DNA of 64,000 nucleotides from Sedimentisphaerales bacterium (GTDB taxonomy: Bacteria > Planctomycetota > Phycisphaerae > Sedimentisphaerales > SM23-30): positions 32,001 to 96,000 of the forward strand of contig CAXXMR010000003.1 of NCBI GenBank assembly GCA_963663805.2. The letters run 5' to 3'. How positions within the stretch are numbered: position 1 is the stretch's first letter; each line of letters starts with the position of its first letter. Positions 60,444-64,000 of this stretch are shown in pieces. The notes beneath the pieces are model-generated. The model did not search any database, had not been told where the DNA came from, and saw nothing but the letters and a program-made list of their open reading frames with translations. The position numbers and the translations under genes were made by a program.

Positions 60444-62054
60444 TTAATATTCATGATCTCCAAATGTTGTCAAAGTGACAAATTCCTGATAATCGCTCAT
60501 ATCACGAATAATCGGATGTTCATCGATAAAGTTCATCATCTGCTGGTCCGGGATATCCTGATCTAATATTTTTTGAATAGTTTGCAACCGCCAGGCTCCG
60601 TGATTGAGGGCTTTACGACAGGCATCATCTATTTGCTTAGGCGAATACGTGCCGCTCAGGCTCAATAGACCTAATATAGCTCTTTGGCCGGTTACGCCCC
60701 GGATTTCAAATAACTGCTTGGCCCAACGATGACTATGCTTACCGAGCAAAGCTGTTCTTTGGATCAGCCATTGGGCACCTTTTTCAATTTGGCTTTGTTT
60801 ATGGGGATGGATATGCTGCTGGTTAGTCTGAAATCTGCCCGGTTCAACTTTGCTGTGCAGAGCGATCTGTTCCATTTTATGGTTGAATACCCGAACCAGA
60901 CGGCTGTCCCAACGCACCCATACTTGATGACCCACAAATTCCGGCGGAACCGAATAGTATGATTTATCAACTTCGACATGGCCATCGCGATGAACACTGC
61001 GTTTGCCTTCGTTAAAGGACGGGAAATAACTTTCCGGCAAAGATTTCAAGGCCGGCTTTTCGATTTCCAGAAAAACCTTCTCGACCTGCTGACGGGTAGT
61101 ACCGTGAATACGTTTGTCTGCAATGCTCTTTTCCCAATGCAGAAGATGGGCGTTCTGCTGATTAAGGCAATCAAAATCTCGGCCTTTAAGAGCATTGGAC
61201 TTAACATAATTTATACCATTCTCGACTTTGCCTTTGTGACGAGGCATATATGGTTTAGTGGGCAGGATGGCGGTACCGTAATGAACATAAAAAGATTGAA
61301 CCTTGGGTACGACCTCCGGATCATACCAGTCTGCCCGCGTTACCGCCGCCTTGAGATTGTCAATTACAATGGTTTGCGGCACCCCGCCGAAATACCAGAA
61401 GGCCTTTTCCAGACAACGCAAAAAACTATCGGTACTCTGATGGAATACCGTTTCACTGTAGGCTTTGCGGGAACAACTCAGGACGATCCGGAAGACGTAA
61501 CTTCTTTTGCGTTTGCCGTTGGGCAGAGGAATATATCGGGCAGTACCGAAATCAATCTGAGCTTCCAGACCTGGCGAACATTCCAGACGCCGAAAAGGCA
61601 GAGGATTGGTGTGCCGCAGCTTGCCAACGTAACGCCGTACGCTGTAGTAGCTGCCGGTGAAATTATGGTCCGCTGCCAGATCCTGGTAAATTCGCTGAGC
61701 AGAGAGTTCCTGCTGAACCATCGGGATGATCAATTCGTGGTATTGGACACATTGACTGGTAGAACCGGGCGGAATCGAGATAGAATCGACCTCAGAGCCG
61801 GGGGACGCCTTGGCCGGTTTTGAATCCCCCAGGGGCGCCCCGTACGGAGCAGATGCCGCCTGCCTGTCGACTGGCTTAGTCGATTCGCCTTCGGAAGGCC
61901 CGTCATCGTTGCCTGGCACCTCACGAAGCCGCCAATACCGGGCCACCGTCTCCCTGTGAATGCCTAACTCCCGTTCAATACGACGGTTAGACCAGCCACG
62001 ATCCTTGAGTTGTAATACCGTTTGTACCTGTGCCATCGTCAAATAGTTCGCCAT
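60444..62054 (-). CDS. istA: IS21 transposase IstA
   Basis: PGLEAQIDFG, FGGVP...IDNLK, KGKVE, RIHGTT, YSVP. Confidence 0.95.
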   Translation of the reverse strand: MANYLTMAQVQTVLQLKDRGWSNRRIERELGIHRETVARYWRLREVPGNDDGPSEGESTKPVDRQAASAPYGAPLGDSKPAKASPGSEVDSISIPPGSTSQCVQYHELIIPMVQQELSAQRIYQDLAADHNFTGSYYSVRRYVGKLRHTNPLPFRRLECSPGLEAQIDFGTARYIPLPNGKRKRSYVFRIVLSCSRKAYSETVFHQSTDSFLRCLEKAFWYFGGVPQTIVIDNLKAAVTRADWYDPEVVPKVQSFYVHYGTAILPTKPYMPRHKGKVENGINYVKSNALKGRDFDCLNQQNAHLLHWEKSIADKRIHGTTRQQVEKVFLEIEKPALKSLPESYFPSFNEGKRSVHRDGHVEVDKSYYSVPPEFVGHQVWVRWDSRLVRVFNHKMEQIALHSKVEPGRFQTNQQHIHPHKQSQIEKGAQWLIQRTALLGKHSHRWAKQLFEIRGVTGQRAILGLLSLSGTYSPKQIDDACRKALNHGAWRLQTIQKILDQDIPDQQMMNFIDEHPIIRDMSDYQEFVTLTTFGDHEY

Positions 62055-62514
62055 TTTGTGCCTCTGATAACCTGAGTTTTTACCCAGATTAACAAAGACA
62101 AACATTTCAACTATTCAATTTTGGCCGGTTTTCAAGCGCCCCTCATTGGCCGGTTTTGAGCGCCCCTTGACAGTAATAGGGAGTACTATAGATGGAACTA
62201 CTGGGCTTGATGAATCTTATTCTACCGTCAGTCATAAATGACAAGTCAAAGGCACCATCTTCTAGACTCAAGGCTCGCGAAAAATCGCTGGCGACCCCTT
62301 CCTCGGGCAGTCTGAACCAAAGCGAAACCGAAGCGCCATTGCTAAAGTTCTGCACCTCGGGAGCCAGGCCTGAAGGTTGTGCGATTGTCCAGTAAGCCGA
62401 AGGCTCTCTGGTACGCACTGCGGCATTGCTGCCCTGGATATAACCGAAAATGCTATTCACACTGCCGACAGAACACAGGGCATCATATCCGTTGCCAGAG
62501 ACGTCTGAGACATT

Positions 62515-64000
62515 GTAAGTTTCCGGCCAAGTACACCTTGGCTGACAATTGGTGGATTGCGGTTGGGGCGGGTTAATTTTGCGGGGTTTTCCAGTTGGCG
62601 GGCAGGAGGGTGTCGATTTGGTTGGCGCCGGTGGTGGAGATTTTTCTGAGGACATAATTGAAATACGCGAATGGGTCGTGATTGTGGAGTTTGCAGCCGG
62701 CGACCAGGCTGTAGATTATGGCGGCGCGTTCGGCTCCGGCTTCGCTGCCGGCGAACATATAATTTTTTCGGCCAATGACTACCATTCTCAGCGTTCGTTC
62801 CGAAAGATTATTATCGATGCTCAGCCGTGGGTCGCTGGTATAGCGGACCAGGGCATCCCACTGGTTCAGGGCGTAGGTGACGGCTTTGCCCATATTATTT
62901 TTAGGCAGAACCTGTCCCTGATACTCATCCAGCTTCGCCCGGATTTCGGCAAAGATCGGCAGGGCTTCTTCCTGGCGGGCTTGCAAAAGTTGCTCCGGCG
63001 AATATTTTTCCGCTTTTGCCCGTCGCTCGATTTCATAAAGCTTACCCCAGAGCACCATAAAATGTGCCGCCCGCACCGGGTCGCTGTCTAAAGCGTATTC
63101 AAACTTCCGCCGCGCATGCGCATTACAAGCCACCTCAACGGCATCGGTAGCCCGAAACAGTTCATCATAGCCGCTATAAGCATCTGCATGCACAAAACCC
63201 TGATAATCTCTGCCGATAAAATTTAGCGGACCTTCGCGCGAACGCGTCGGCGTAAAATCAAACGCCACATTATAATCAGTATCGATATAAACCCACAAAT
63301 AGCCCTTATACGTGGATCCTTTACGGTTTTTGCTCTTGATGGGGATGGAGGTATCATCGGTATAAATGATTTCCGACTGCTGAATCTTCTCCCGCATACG
63401 TTTGACCAGCGGCTCCAGCAGTTCAGCGCAACTGCCCACCCAGTCGCACATGGTTGAGACGTTGATTTCCACGCCGTGCCGCTTAATAATACCTTCCAGA
63501 CGGTTCAACGGCTGGTGGTCCGCATACTTGCTCGTTATGATATACGCCAGCAAACCTTCAGCGGGAATGCCTTTGTCGATCGCCATGGGCGGCAGTTCGC
63601 CAATCGAGATATTATTCTCGCAAACCTTGCAGGCGTATTTGCTTCTGACATAACGCTGAACATAAAAAGATGCGGGCACATAATCCAGCTTTTCGGTTAC
63701 TTCCTCGCCGATACGTTCTTTTTCGTTATGGCATACCGGGCAGGTTTTTTCTTCTTCGGCAGGTTCAATGTCGATAGTTTCGCGGCGCAAATTTTCCGGC
63801 AGCGGCTTGCGGCCTTGATGATTAGCATTCTTACGGCCTTTGACAACCTTGGCGCGTGAGGGCTTCTGCTGTTCAATCTTCTGTTGAACTTCCTCGTAAA
63901 GATTTTCAAACAACAAACGCTGAGCCGGATCGAGCTTTTCGCTTTTCTTGCCGAACAACTGCCGCTTGAGATAATACAACTGGCCGCTGAGATCATCAAT
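62515..64000 (-). mobile_element. IS66-family element (one end at 62515; continues beyond window)
   Basis: Terminal GTAAGTTTCCGG... exactly where the LamG frame breaks; TnpC ORF. Confidence 0.85.
62573..64000 (-). CDS. tnpC: IS66 transposase TnpC (5' end outside window)
   Basis: LFGKKSEK, CPVC, KYADHQPL, TDDT, CNAHARRKF, IDNNLSER, GRKNYMFAGS. Confidence 0.95.
   Translation of the reverse strand: MDDLSGQLYYLKRQLFGKKSEKLDPAQRLLFENLYEEVQQKIEQQKPSRAKVVKGRKNANHQGRKPLPENLRRETIDIEPAEEEKTCPVCHNEKERIGEEVTEKLDYVPASFYVQRYVRSKYACKVCENNISIGELPPMAIDKGIPAEGLLAYIITSKYADHQPLNRLEGIIKRHGVEINVSTMCDWVGSCAELLEPLVKRMREKIQQSEIIYTDDTSIPIKSKNRKGSTYKGYLWVYIDTDYNVAFDFTPTRSREGPLNFIGRDYQGFVHADAYSGYDELFRATDAVEVACNAHARRKFEYALDSDPVRAAHFMVLWGKLYEIERRAKAEKYSPEQLLQARQEEALPIFAEIRAKLDEYQGQVLPKNNMGKAVTYALNQWDALVRYTSDPRLSIDNNLSERTLRMVVIGRKNYMFAGSEAGAERAAIIYSLVAGCKLHNHDPFAYFNYVLRKISTTGANQIDTLLPANWKTPQN

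Larger units (their letters stand above)
59457..62172 (-). mobile_element. Complete IS21-family element (2716 bp) with 7-bp target duplication GTAATAG
   Basis: Ends TGTCAA...TTGACA with repeated GGGCGC-(TT/TG)-AAAACCGGCCA units; DR at 59450-59456 and 62173-62179. Confidence 0.95.
56948..62514 (-). pseudogene. Secreted LamG/PKD-like repeat protein with C-terminal dockerin-like motifs, interrupted by IS21 and IS66
   Basis: Repeated HWDFD...WH...GDIDDIKIY and VDAG...WSQISGP units; reading frame rejoins across IS21 (STPYY/FNDNRWH). Confidence 0.85.
49132..64000. mobile_element. Decayed genomic island at tRNA-Asp 3' end (right border outside window)
   Basis: Integrase remnant next to tRNA, att-like fragment, three IS families, loss of flanking G/T strand bias, more AT-rich cargo. 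Confidence 0.6.

Noticed and set aside
1..64000. CRISPR array, rRNA, riboswitch, reverse transcriptase/DGR, prophage genes
   Set aside because: No regularly spaced repeat-spacer units or diagnostic motifs seen; a covariance-model scan was not possible.

Overview
Bacterial chromosome window, most consistent with a Planctomycetota/Phycisphaerae (Sedimentisphaerales-like) organism; this is inferred from the many PEP-CTERM proteins, dockerin-like EF-hand modules, the prepilin/H-X9-DG protein and the solute-binding-protein/permease fusion. Bases 1-35.6 kb form a large polysaccharide-utilisation-like region: FG-GAP, BNR_4, heparinase II/III-like, GH5/GH30-like and GH130 enzymes, a sugar ABC transporter, a LacI regulator, three PEP-CTERM proteins and a prepilin-type protein. 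Two unannotated DNA motifs organise it. One is a 4-copy GCGCA-N16-GCGCA box lying exactly 32 nt upstream of a -10 hexamer in four minus-strand promoters. The other is an AAAGTACTTT palindrome at the ABC and LacI genes. Bases 35.7-49.1 kb hold a GAF-HlyD plus M50-peptidase-HlyD pair, a methyl-accepting chemotaxis protein (MCP), tRNA-Leu(CAA), two more PEP-CTERM genes, a Fur-family/His-rich membrane protein pair with a Zur-like box, a HAD hydrolase, a LolA-like protein and tRNA-Asp(GTC). From tRNA-Asp to the window end is a decayed island: integrase remnant, tRNA-Gly att fragment with arm repeats, AAA ATPase, IS4 remnant, a kinase/isomerase/aldolase sugar pathway, and a LamG gene hit by a complete IS21 and an IS66. 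At least 12 frameshifts are all +1 insertions in short homopolymers and are probably sequencing errors. All product calls come from motif recognition by eye; no database searches were run.
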